NCBI GenBank assembly: GCA_024640845.1
Contig: JAHEEE010000145.1
Coordinates: 456-64,455, forward strand
DNA length: 64,000 nt
Direction: 5' to 3'
Source of the DNA: Myxococcales bacterium
GTDB taxonomy: Bacteria; Myxococcota_A; Polyangia; Polyangiales; Houyiibacteriaceae
The notes below the pieces were generated by a model. That model saw only the letters and a program-made list of their open reading frames with translations. It was not told where the DNA came from and did no database searches. Positions 8,875 through 18,186 of this stretch are shown one piece after another. How positions within the stretch are numbered: position 1 is the stretch's first letter; each line of letters starts with the position of its first letter. The translations under genes were made by a program, and so were the position numbers.

Positions 8875-11800
8875 CTAGGGGATCACGCAGGTGCCCTGGT
8901 TGACCGGGGGCCCTGAATTGGGCGGGCAGTCTGCGTCGACCGCGCAAGTCGCCCCAGCGTTATCTCCGAACTCACAGATTCCGGGTGCGTCCTCGTCGGC
9001 GCCGATGTCAAAGTCGCCTCCCAGCGGCCGGACATCGTTGTCGTAGTCCATGCTCGGCGCATTGGTCGCTGAGCCGGCGTCGATCGCCGATGAAGGCGCG
9101 GCGATGTGGTAGTTCCAGGGCGCGCTTCCGTCCGGCCAGGCCTGCGTCAGCGGACCGTAGCGCACGTCGATCCAGGCCGCGCCGCCCTCGTCCAGCGCGG
9201 GAAGCGCCAGCATCGGGCCAGGGGGGGTCTCAAGGGTGCGACCACCATTGCAGTAGGCGTTCACCAGCCCAGGGTCACCCGACGTATTGCTGGGGTCGTA
9301 GCCGCTTGCGTCGGTCAGCACCGAGGAGACCGGGTCGAGCATAAAGCCTCCGCCGAGGACCCCGAGATCCTGGTAGTTCGCGGGGGAGGGACACTCCCCG
9401 ACGATGCTCTGGCTGAGGACTGGCATGAGCCCGGCGCCCGCGGGCAGGGTGGCATCGTAGTGGAAGGAGCGGTTCTCCCACACGATGTTGTTCGACAGGA
9501 TCGGGTTCGAGAAGTCCCGGTAGTTGCCGGTGTTGTTTTGAACCGGGATGGCGGCGTTGAGCGCTGTGCTGTGGGGCTCCGAGGAGATGCCCGCCGGCTG
9601 GTTCGCGGAGACGTTTGGGTCCCCAGTCGTGAACGTGGCGGAGACCGTCGCCGTGCTGTCGTTGTGAGCGATCGTGTTGTTGACGATGAAGCTGCGCGCA
9701 GTGTCCTGCGTGGACACCCCGCCGCCCGACCAGCCCGCGACGTTGTTGACGATCATGTTGTTGTTGAGCGTCACGGCGTACCACATGCCAGGTCTGGCCC
9801 TCCCGTTATTGGGGTTGTTCGAGTTGGGGATGTCGCGGCCGTTGACGAACTGGGTGCGGACCCCGCCGCCGTGTCCCGCTCCGGCGTGGTTGCCCTGGAT
9901 GAGGTTGGCGTCCACGAGGACACTGCCCGAACCGCGGGTGAGGCCGTCGACCGCTGGCGGCTCTCCCGCAATGAACAACCCGCCCCCGGACCGCGTCGTC
10001 GCTTGAGCGAACGACTGGTTGAGGACGATCCGGTTGTCCTCGATCACGCCGTTGTTGCTGAGGCCCAGGTGCCCGATGCCGCCCCCATCGCCCGTCGTGA
10101 AGTTCCCGCAGACGAAGTTGTGGCTCACGACGTAGAAGTCGCTGCCGGTGCAGAGCGAAAGACCGCCGCCGGCCCCGCCGAGGCCACCGTTCTGGATGAT
10201 CGCGTTGTCGTGGATCTTCACGTGTGGGTTGAAGGCGAAGGGGCCCTCTCCGGTCAGCTCGAGGAACGGCCGGCCGACACGGATGCCGCCGTGGTACGAG
10301 CCGGCGTTGCCGAACACGCGGTTGTTGGCGATCTCGAGGCCGTGCGCGTACCCGTTGACGAAGATGCCGCCTCCGATGTCGCCACCTGTGATCGAGAAGC
10401 CGTCGATCCGAGACTCGAAGCTCCGGAAGGCGCTGGCCGGCGGCGGGCCCTCGCCGGAGTCGAACACGCCGAGCACCGTGATGGCGGCACCCTCCTCGGT
10501 CTCGACGCCGGCGGCCCCATCGGGCTGGGTGGGCAGGGCGTCCACTTCATCGGTGCAGCCCGCTCCGATCCCGAAAACGCAGTCCATTTTTGCCCGCCAC
10601 GCCGCCATCGTTTCCGCAGGGCGCTTTGCGGCATTGAGGAAGGTCGAACCGGCGCCCGCGCCCTGCAGGCGGACGGGCTTCCACATGATGACGAGCTCGT
10701 CGTACGCGCCCGGCTCCACGAGGATGAGCGCGCCCCGCGGCGCATTGTCGATGGCGTCTTGGATCGAGCCACCGGCCGCCACGCGGATCGGAATCTCATT
10801 GGACACGGTGACCGTCGCGGAGTGGACCGTGGAATTTCCATTGTCGCGCGTCACGACCAGCTCGCCGCTCATCTCCGTTGCCGGCGCCGTTGCCTCGATC
10901 GTGTCCGCATCCCAGCTGGTGATGGCAAGCGGCACGCCACCCACGGTGACGCTGCTGCCCGGTCCCTGAGCTCCGAACCCGAAGTCGCGCTGGATCGTTT
11001 TTTGCGCCGCGGCCCCGCTCGCGAGTGGTCCCTCGTAGGCCGGGTTCGGCACCTCGACCGAGCTGCCGAGGGAGTGGATCGTGAGGGTTCCGCCCGGGGC
11101 GACGAGAGGCCCCGCGCCCGTGCCGTCTACCTGGCGAACCGACGGCGTACCCGCAGGGAGCGCGCAATCCGGCGGGTTGTATCCGGAAGCGAAGGCCGAC
11201 ACTGGGAGCACCGGCGTATCGAGATACGTCGTCGTCCCCGGCATGTATTGGAACGTGTAGCAGAAGTTGCTGTACGCGGGGTTGTACTGGGGGTCGACGA
11301 TCGACTGACCGGGGTTGGCCGGGTCGGGGATCGGGCCCGGGTCGTTCATGCACGTGGTGAGCATCGCGGGTGAGTAGCCGCTCGGCGAGGGCATGTTCGC
11401 CGTGAACGTGGACGGCACGAGCCCGTTGATGCGCCCCCACTGGTCGGAGTAGATCCGCGAGATTTCCGCGCCCCGGTAGTCGCGGATCGAAACCGGCACG
11501 AAGGGGGGCGCCCACTTCTCACCGAACTGCGGCGAGAAGATGCTGAACTCCTGCGCCAGGTCGTCGAGAACCATGCCCGCGAAGTGGCCGGCGATCGGCG
11601 CTCCGGTGAAGAGGAAAAAGTCGGCGGCGGCTTGTCCCTGGTCGGAGAGGATGACCTCTTTGCGGTCGCAGAGCGGCCTCAAGTCGCCGGCGAACGGCGC
11701 CTCGATCATCTCGTCGGGGAAGAGGCTCAGGTACGGAGGCACCTCACGCATCTCGCCGACGCACCGCGGCTGGGCGAGCCCGGGCTCCGGGCCCATCGCC

Positions 11801-14800
11801 GCCAGTACGGTCGCTAGGTTGGGCATGATCATGACCATCGCGCCGCCGGGCATCATCATCGCCACCGGCGCCATGCCGAAAGCGTCCCCGAAGCCGACGT
11901 TGTTGTCTTCTTCCTTCAGAAGATCGTAGCCGGGCGGGGGCACCACCTCGACGACGTACTTGCCGGGCGGGATATCCATGAACGCGTAGCCGCCGTCAAA
12001 GACCGCTGGCCGAGCCTGGTTGAAGTTGCGGAGCCCGTCGTAGCATTTGTCTACGGGTCCACCCGTGAGGATCGCATCGCTCGGGTCGGCGCCGGGGCAG
12101 CCCGTCGGCAGGCTGTCGTCCCAGCTGTCGGTCGTGGTCTCCTCCACCAGGGCGAGGGCGGTCGTCAACGCGCCATTCGCATCGAAGTGCGCCTGGATCT
12201 GGGTCGCGGTCAGCGCAGATTCATAGATCGCCACTTCATCGATGGTGCCGTCAAAGATGTGGCCCCTCGCACCGACGGGGTCCGAGTCGGCGCCGATCGT
12301 GATCGGCAAAGCGTTGACGTTCGTCGTGGCCGTTCCGAGCGCAACGCGATCCACCTCGACACCGTCGACGTAGAGGATCGCGTCGGTGCCATCGAACACC
12401 CCAACGACGTGGAAGGTGGTCCCGGCGGGCGGCGTGGTCGGGGCTTCCGCGATCACCCAAGCCGTATCCGTGCTGTTCCGGACTTGGAAACGCAGCTTGC
12501 CCTGGTTGAGCCACAGCAGCCACGCTCCGGTCACACCGATCTCGTCCTTCACCACGATCCGATGCCCCTCCGTATCGATCGTGTTGGCGTTGACCCACGC
12601 CTCCACCGAGAACGCGCTATCCGACAGCGCGGTCACACCGGTGTCGACGAAGTCGGTGGTGGTCGTTCCGTCGAATCCTGCTGCCGTATTGGGGCTATTG
12701 CCGAGCAGTCCCGTCGCCGGCAGCGTCACCGTCGACCCATAGGTGCCATCACTGCCCCCGGTCTGATCGAGCGCTGGTCCCACGGTCGTTGATTCGCCCA
12801 GACGGTAGTAGTGGTTCGGCCCGTCGGCGAGAACGGTACTCGCGTAGGCGCTCGTCTCCACCTCCCGGTAGAGGCGGACCTTGACGCCCGGTATGCCCGG
12901 CTCCCAGGGCTCGCCGACGGCGAGCCGCGGGTCATTCTCGGCGCGGGTCGATGGATAGTAGACGATCCCCGAGATGCCGCCGTTTTCACCCGGTGCGTAG
13001 GGGGCCTTGCCCCATTCGAAGATGCTCGTCTGGCCGAGGAAGCCCTGGAAGCCCTCGGTGAGGACGGGGCCGAGCTCGGTGCGCGTCGTCGACATGCCGT
13101 CCGCCTGCACCTGCGGGTTGAGGACGTTGCCTGTCGCGCTCACGTCGCCCCCGCCGTCGACGGTCACGGTCAGGCCCGTCGCCTTGAAGCGCGTGAAATC
13201 GACCTCCAGCACCTGCCAGTGAAAGAAGGGGAATGTCTGGTCGAAGGGCACGAAGCCTTCGGTGTCGGTCGGGAAGGACTGATTGACCGTGCCGTCGCGC
13301 CAACGCAGGTTCACCGCCTGCTCGGCAACGGGCCCCTCGTCGGGATCACGAATGCCGTTCTGGTTCTCGTCCAGGAACACGTTGTGCTCGGTGCGCGCAA
13401 ACCATTGGAAGACGGGCACGTTGCCGACTGCTCCCCCACCGGGCAGCTCGACTCCGCGGTAGGCGATGATCTGATCGAGGTAGCTGTCCCAGACCACGAG
13501 CTGATAGCTGCCGTCGGGTACGTTGCTGATCGTGAAGTTGCCATCGGCGTCTGCCTGGACGGCGGCGATGTTGGGACCGAGGCCACCGGCGGAGTTGAGG
13601 CCGACCCAGGCTCGGGTGTGAGCCAGGGCGTCGTACGATTGGCTGTCCCAGAGCGTTTGGTCGGGCGGGCGGGACATGTGAAGGTTGGTGACGCGTCCCG
13701 TGACGGTGTTGGCGCCGCCTGGATTGACGAGGTTGTCGGGGTTGACGAAGCCGACGAACACGTGCCAGCCGGCGGGCCCGAACTCTTGGAAGAAGGGGGG
13801 CTCGCCCGCCTTCACCCAGGCGTCGATGACCTTGGTTCCTTCGATGGTCGAGGTCTGCGTCCAGGTTTCCGGGCCCGGGGGCGCGACGGCGATCACGCCG
13901 TACTTACCGGGGTAGAGGTTCTTGATGAGCGCCTGGCCCACCAGACCTGCCTCCTGGTTCGCCACGGTATTGGGGCAGGTGAGGATGACCCCCATGGGTG
14001 GCGGCGCATCCCCAAAGCAGTCGAGCGAGTTCTGCAGCGGATTGCCGAAGGCATCCTGCATCATCGTCCCGCCCGAGATGCCATAGCGTCCGCCGGCATC
14101 CTCGAGGGTGATCTGGAAGCCGCCGAGGCCGAGGCCCGCCTCGCCGCCGTCGACGGCGCCGTTGGTCGGGCTGCTGTCCTCGAAGACGTAGACACTGATC
14201 TGGGCCGAAGGCAACGGCTGCTTGTTTACGGTGACCGTCACCGCCGTGGCGGCGGGCGGAATCCGGGCGCCGCCTATGGTGTGGCCCGTACCGGTCGCCG
14301 CGTCGGCGGGCAGGACCGAGACGTAGTAGTGCTTCGTCGGGTCGAGCGCGAGCTGGGCGAACTCTGTGGCGCCGCTGCCCTGCGCCACGATCGGCATGTA
14401 GCTTTTGTGGAAGTTCGTTGCCAGCGTGTCCGTCGGGGGAGGCACGACGCTTGGGTCCGGCTGCCACATCGCGTCCTCTTCGACCACCCAGCGGTAGTCG
14501 GTGACGGCGACGTCGAGGGGGTCCTTCACAGTCAGCGCGATGTTGGCGACCGGGTTGATGTTTAGCGTCACCGTCGCGGGATTACTCAGCCCGCTGCCGT
14601 CGCTGGCGCGATAGGAGAAGGTCGCGGCGGTGCCGCCCGTGTACTCGAACGAGCCGTCGGCATGCAGCGTGAGTCCCGCGGGGGCGGTTCCCTCGATCAC
14701 CGCCCTGAGCGTATCGCCGTCCGGGTCCATGTCGTTGCCGAGGACGCCGGGGGCCGCGACTATGATGTCTGGCCCAATCCCGTTGACATAGGGTCCATCG

Positions 14801-16803
14801 TCGGCCGCTACTGGGAGGTCATTCTCGAAGGAGACGTTGAGGGCGACTTCGACGAGCGTTCCGTCGCCGGCCCTGTAGGTAAAACCATCGCTGCCCGAGA
14901 AGTTTTCGTACGGCGTGTAGGTGAATGAGCCGTCGCCGTTCAGTACGAGCATGCCGTTCGACGGTCCGCTCACCAAGGTTGCACCCGAAATCCCGCCGGG
15001 GGCGGCGCCGATCAGGGCGGTGTCTTCGATGGCGTCATAAGATGTGAGCACAGGATCCGGGGGCTGCGTCGGAGGCGGAGAACCGGTGCCTACTTTCAGG
15101 TACGCCAGCATCCCGCCGTCCGCCTGGTTGTCGCTGCTGAGATCGAGCATCCGGTCGAAGAGCGGGTACGTCGCATCGACGGCGGGCACGGCGACGAGGA
15201 CGTCGAGGGTCTTGCCCGCGGGCAGGAGCGACGATGCCTGGCGCCGCAGGAGTCCCGGATACGGATTGCCGTCTTCCGCGACCGGTCGCATGTCGAGGCC
15301 GACGATGGCCGGTGCGTGAGAGCGCAGCCCCGCGTTGAGGAAGCGCAAGAGGAGGTCTTTGCCCGGCATGCCCGCAGGTATCGCCGGGGGCGGCGACGCC
15401 GTGTCGTACGACTCAGCGTTGATCAGGAAGTAGGTCGGATTGTAGTCGACCGTGCAGGGATAGCCGACGTCGCCGACCGCGTATTCGGCCAGGTTGACGC
15501 ACGCATGGGTCAGCGGCAACGCCATCCCCGCTGCCTCGGCGACCCGCATGTTCTGCCACGGGTCGATCTCGCTGAAGAGCGCCACGGGCTCGGCGTTGTT
15601 CGCATCGAAGTGCGCCTGGATCTGTGTTGCGGTCAGCGCAGATTCATAGATCGCCACTTCATCGATGGTGCCGTCAAAGATGTGGCCTTTCGCACCGACG
15701 GTGTCCGAGTCGGCGCCGATCGTGATCGGCAAAGCGTTGGTGTTCGTCGTGGCCGTTCCGAGCGCAACGCGATCCACCTCGACACCGTCGACGTAGAGGA
15801 TCGCGTCGGTGCCATCGAACACCCCAGCGACGTGGAAGGTGGTCCCAGCGGGCGGCGTGGTCGGGGCTTCCGCGATCACCCAAGCCGTATTCGTGCTGTT
15901 CCGGACCTGGAAGCGAAGCTTGTCCTGGTTGAACCACAGGATCCACGCCCCGGTCACACCGATCTCGTCTTTGGCCACGATCCGATGTTGTCCATCCGTT
16001 GCGGCGGCGTTGACCCAGGCTTCCGCGGAGAACGCGCTAGCCGACGTGGACGTCACGCCGGTATCGACGAAGTCGGTGGCGGTCGTTCCGTCGAATCGAG
16101 CAGCGCTGTCGGTGCCGTAGCCCAGCAAGCCCTTCTTCACCGTCGACCCGTAGGTGCCGTTGGTGGCCCCCGACCCCAGATCGACGGCTGGATCCGCGTT
16201 TGTTGATTCTCCAAGACGGTAATAGTGGATCGGCCCGTCGGCGAGAACCGTACTGGCGTAACTTGGGGTGCTGGGATGCACGATCAAGGCGCCATAAAGG
16301 CCCATCGGCACCTGGATCGACGATTGAGTCCCGCTCTGGTAGAGGTAGGTGCCGGGGCGTAAGGGGCTCCAGGTGTAGTCGGCCGTGAGATCAGGCGCCG
16401 TCTCATGGGTGAACGACTGGACGCGCCGCCTCCCCTGACCGTCCGTGCTCCACTCCGGGTCACCACCGCCGGCCTGACCCGGGATCACGATGGAGACCGG
16501 CGTATCCAGCGTGTTCTTCAGATGAATCGTCAGCGTGTCGGTGTCCGAGAGATGGATCTGGGGCCCGGGCGCGTCGGTCTCGGACGGGAGATCACAGCTG
16601 GTGAAGGTCGCATCCGTGCATAGCGCGAAGCCCCACATGGGGACCGTGCCGCCCTCCCCGGACAGGACCTTGTCGAAGCCCTGCGCCTGAAGGTAGACGT
16701 CGTTGGCGGCGGCGACGGCGGGTGAGACGCTCGCGGCGAGGAGGAGGCCAGCGCATGCAAGCACGGCTGTCCTAAAAATGGCCTTCAGTAAGGTCGATCG
16801 CAT
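8875..16803 (-). CDS. Giant (2,642 aa) secreted multidomain protein. Domains: ligand-less MCO-like cupredoxin pair, 2x LamG, cadherin/VCBS-like, SdrD-B/CarboxypepD-like, IPT/TIG, right-handed beta-helix, Cys-rich tail.
   Basis: Start moved to the ATG at 16803 (MRSTLLKAIFRTAVLACAGLLLAASVSPAVAAA signal peptide, GGAGGAGAAG upstream, 17 nt after the upstream stop). Domain calls come from sequence style. Cupredoxin: PGPQIHL...LYGALIVH. LamG: FDGT..FV.....FS.EAWV...LYVDG. Cadherin-like: DGSFTYTP..F.G.DGFTY, GNDMDPDGD. TIG: SVTVGGVPL. Beta-helix: GG.FV.G....I.NN runs. Confidence 0.9.
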   Translation of the reverse strand: MRSTLLKAIFRTAVLACAGLLLAASVSPAVAAANDVYLQAQGFDKVLSGEGGTVPMWGFALCTDATFTSCDLPSETDAPGPQIHLSDTDTLTIHLKNTLDTPVSIVIPGQAGGGDPEWSTDGQGRRRVQSFTHETAPDLTADYTWSPLRPGTYLYQSGTQSSIQVPMGLYGALIVHPSTPSYASTVLADGPIHYYRLGESTNADPAVDLGSGATNGTYGSTVKKGLLGYGTDSAARFDGTTATDFVDTGVTSTSASAFSAEAWVNAAATDGQHRIVAKDEIGVTGAWILWFNQDKLRFQVRNSTNTAWVIAEAPTTPPAGTTFHVAGVFDGTDAILYVDGVEVDRVALGTATTNTNALPITIGADSDTVGAKGHIFDGTIDEVAIYESALTATQIQAHFDANNAEPVALFSEIDPWQNMRVAEAAGMALPLTHACVNLAEYAVGDVGYPCTVDYNPTYFLINAESYDTASPPPAIPAGMPGKDLLLRFLNAGLRSHAPAIVGLDMRPVAEDGNPYPGLLRRQASSLLPAGKTLDVLVAVPAVDATYPLFDRMLDLSSDNQADGGMLAYLKVGTGSPPPTQPPDPVLTSYDAIEDTALIGAAPGGISGATLVSGPSNGMLVLNGDGSFTYTPYENFSGSDGFTYRAGDGTLVEVALNVSFENDLPVAADDGPYVNGIGPDIIVAAPGVLGNDMDPDGDTLRAVIEGTAPAGLTLHADGSFEYTGGTAATFSYRASDGSGLSNPATVTLNINPVANIALTVKDPLDVAVTDYRWVVEEDAMWQPDPSVVPPPTDTLATNFHKSYMPIVAQGSGATEFAQLALDPTKHYYVSVLPADAATGTGHTIGGARIPPAATAVTVTVNKQPLPSAQISVYVFEDSSPTNGAVDGGEAGLGLGGFQITLEDAGGRYGISGGTMMQDAFGNPLQNSLDCFGDAPPPMGVILTCPNTVANQEAGLVGQALIKNLYPGKYGVIAVAPPGPETWTQTSTIEGTKVIDAWVKAGEPPFFQEFGPAGWHVFVGFVNPDNLVNPGGANTVTGRVTNLHMSRPPDQTLWDSQSYDALAHTRAWVGLNSAGGLGPNIAAVQADADGNFTISNVPDGSYQLVVWDSYLDQIIAYRGVELPGGGAVGNVPVFQWFARTEHNVFLDENQNGIRDPDEGPVAEQAVNLRWRDGTVNQSFPTDTEGFVPFDQTFPFFHWQVLEVDFTRFKATGLTVTVDGGGDVSATGNVLNPQVQADGMSTTRTELGPVLTEGFQGFLGQTSIFEWGKAPYAPGENGGISGIVYYPSTRAENDPRLAVGEPWEPGIPGVKVRLYREVETSAYASTVLADGPNHYYRLGESTTVGPALDQTGGSDGTYGSTVTLPATGLLGNSPNTAAGFDGTTTTDFVDTGVTALSDSAFSVEAWVNANTIDTEGHRIVVKDEIGVTGAWLLWLNQGKLRFQVRNSTDTAWVIAEAPTTPPAGTTFHVVGVFDGTDAILYVDGVEVDRVALGTATTNVNALPITIGADSDPVGARGHIFDGTIDEVAIYESALTATQIQAHFDANGALTTALALVEETTTDSWDDSLPTGCPGADPSDAILTGGPVDKCYDGLRNFNQARPAVFDGGYAFMDIPPGKYVVEVVPPPGYDLLKEEDNNVGFGDAFGMAPVAMMMPGGAMVMIMPNLATVLAAMGPEPGLAQPRCVGEMREVPPYLSLFPDEMIEAPFAGDLRPLCDRKEVILSDQGQAAADFFLFTGAPIAGHFAGMVLDDLAQEFSIFSPQFGEKWAPPFVPVSIRDYRGAEISRIYSDQWGRINGLVPSTFTANMPSPSGYSPAMLTTCMNDPGPIPDPANPGQSIVDPQYNPAYSNFCYTFQYMPGTTTYLDTPVLPVSAFASGYNPPDCALPAGTPSVRQVDGTGAGPLVAPGGTLTIHSLGSSVEVPNPAYEGPLASGAAAQKTIQRDFGFGAQGPGSSVTVGGVPLAITSWDADTIEATAPATEMSGELVVTRDNGNSTVHSATVTVSNEIPIRVAAGGSIQDAIDNAPRGALILVEPGAYDELVIMWKPVRLQGAGAGSTFLNAAKRPAETMAAWRAKMDCVFGIGAGCTDEVDALPTQPDGAAGVETEEGAAITVLGVFDSGEGPPPASAFRSFESRIDGFSITGGDIGGGIFVNGYAHGLEIANNRVFGNAGSYHGGIRVGRPFLELTGEGPFAFNPHVKIHDNAIIQNGGLGGAGGGLSLCTGSDFYVVSHNFVCGNFTTGDGGGIGHLGLSNNGVIEDNRIVLNQSFAQATTRSGGGLFIAGEPPAVDGLTRGSGSVLVDANLIQGNHAGAGHGGGVRTQFVNGRDIPNSNNPNNGRARPGMWYAVTLNNNMIVNNVAGWSGGGVSTQDTARSFIVNNTIAHNDSTATVSATFTTGDPNVSANQPAGISSEPHSTALNAAIPVQNNTGNYRDFSNPILSNNIVWENRSFHYDATLPAGAGLMPVLSQSIVGECPSPANYQDLGVLGGGFMLDPVSSVLTDASGYDPSNTSGDPGLVNAYCNGGRTLETPPGPMLALPALDEGGAAWIDVRYGPLTQAWPDGSAPWNYHIAAPSSAIDAGSATNAPSMDYDNDVRPLGGDFDIGADEDAPGICEFGDNAGATCAVDADCPPNSGPPVNQGTCVIP
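12176..12846 (-). repeat. LamG-domain DNA repeat, copy 2 (intragenic)
   Basis: Aligns with 15599-16260. Includes identical runs of 54 nt (12211-12264 = 15634-15687) and about 85 nt. Confidence 0.9.
15599..16260 (-). repeat. LamG-domain DNA repeat, copy 1 (intragenic)
   Basis: Partner of 12176-12846. Inserted between the two cupredoxin-like domains. Confidence 0.9.
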
Positions 16804-16820
16804 GGCTCTTCTCCTCTGCC

Positions 16821-18176
16821 TCACTCGACAATCTCGATCTGGGGGGCTTCGATGATCAGCATGGTCATCATCCCGCCGGGGAAAACGTCGTTGTTCACCA
16901 TCTCGCGCTCGGTGTGCGAGTGCCACATGTACGCAAAGCCTGCGTTTGGATTGAGACCGCCCTCGCCGGGGGGAAGGCCGCCGGCCGCTCCGAGATAGGG
17001 GCTGCCGCCGTAGAAGCCGCCGAAGGTCAGGACGCTCTGACCGGGCAGGGTCACGGGGATCGCCCGGTTGTGGTCGCCGCACCACTCGCGGTAGTTATCA
17101 TCGGTCGCGACACTGTGATATCCGTCCGCGTCGGGGGTGCACGCGCTGCCGTCGCCCGGAGTGTGACCGTACATGTCCCAGCCGAGGTCTTTGCCGGTCC
17201 ACTCGAAGATCGCGTCGACCGTTCCGCCCGGCGCCGACGGAATGGTGAAGAGCAGCGGGCCAGCGAGCTGATTGGCGTCGGTCGCGCTAACGAGCAGGCG
17301 GCCATCACGGGCGAGGACGCGCGCGTGGTTCCCGTGGTGGTGGAAGGGATGCATATGGTGACCCGCGCCCACCACTCGCATCAGCAGCCGCTCGCCAGGG
17401 TGCATGCGCGGCATGCAGTTGTAGGGCTGGCTCGGCAGCAGATCGCGGCCGGCCGCGGACATCGTGTCCGGCGCCGCGCGACCGTTGAGGAGCCAGTACT
17501 CCGGAACGTACGGCTCGGTGATGACGTCGATCGGTCCGGGTCCCGAGGCCTGTAGCTCCGCCGCCCGGTGGATGTCGATGTCCACCTCGCTCAGGAGGAA
17601 CAGGTACTCGCGGTCGAAGCAGGTGCCCGAGTGGCCGTAGGCGGAGGCGGTGCACCCGGCGGCGGGCCCCGCCGGCTCGACGATGAGCGCCCCGTAAAGG
17701 CCCATCTCGACCTGCAGATCCGGTCGCGTGCCGCTGTGATACTGGTAGGTTCCCGGTTCGCCGGCCGTGAAGGTGTAGGTGACGGACCCGCCGAGCGGGG
17801 CTTCCTGGGTCAGGAGGCCCGGCACGCCGTCCGTCGATGTCACTTCGTGACCAGGGAACAGGATCGACACGTTGCCCGCGGCTGCGGGAAGCGCGTTGTG
17901 GAGAGTGACCGTGACTGTCGCACCTTCCGTCACGATCAACGTCGGCCCGGGTAGCTGCATCGGGTCGGCGCCGTCGCTGTAGCCCCACGAGTAGATGGAC
18001 CCGCCGTCCGCGATGGAGATGTAGCCCGCGCTCGCCGTGAGCGAGAACGTTGGGCCGGCCACGCCGTCGATCCCGGCACGTGCGGCTTCAGGAGCCATCA
18101 GCAACACCAACGTGGCGGCGAATGAGAACAACCGGACCACCCGGAAATTTCGCTTCTTTGTCTCGAACCTAGTCAT
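16821..18176 (-). CDS. Two-domain multicopper-oxidase-like protein lacking the type-1 Cu site
   Basis: 451 aa with a signal peptide. Domain 1 motifs are degenerate (ILFPGHEV, YQYHSGT). Domain 2 has a canonical HPFHHHG (HxxHxH), but its last motif reads WHSHTEREM...GGMM where HCHxxxH is expected (Cys to Ser, His to Glu). Confidence 0.85.
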   Translation of the reverse strand: MTRFETKKRNFRVVRLFSFAATLVLLMAPEAARAGIDGVAGPTFSLTASAGYISIADGGSIYSWGYSDGADPMQLPGPTLIVTEGATVTVTLHNALPAAAGNVSILFPGHEVTSTDGVPGLLTQEAPLGGSVTYTFTAGEPGTYQYHSGTRPDLQVEMGLYGALIVEPAGPAAGCTASAYGHSGTCFDREYLFLLSEVDIDIHRAAELQASGPGPIDVITEPYVPEYWLLNGRAAPDTMSAAGRDLLPSQPYNCMPRMHPGERLLMRVVGAGHHMHPFHHHGNHARVLARDGRLLVSATDANQLAGPLLFTIPSAPGGTVDAIFEWTGKDLGWDMYGHTPGDGSACTPDADGYHSVATDDNYREWCGDHNRAIPVTLPGQSVLTFGGFYGGSPYLGAAGGLPPGEGGLNPNAGFAYMWHSHTEREMVNNDVFPGGMMTMLIIEAPQIEIVE

Positions 18177-18186
18177 TGCCGCTCTC

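Noticed and set aside
9106-11373. 755-aa plus-strand ORF.
   Set aside because: It is antisense to the giant gene. Its Arg/Ala/Gly-rich low-information translation is typical of shadow ORFs in high-GC DNA, and the minus-strand frame has clear domain motifs.
12811-14565. 584-aa plus-strand ORF.
   Set aside because: Same reason: an antisense shadow ORF inside the giant gene.
16804-17085. N-terminal 94-codon extension of the giant ORF (track start at 17085).
   Set aside because: It overlaps the 3' end of the upstream MCO-like gene and encodes an Arg/Pro-rich stretch that does not look like protein. The ATG at 16803 has an RBS and yields a clean signal peptide.
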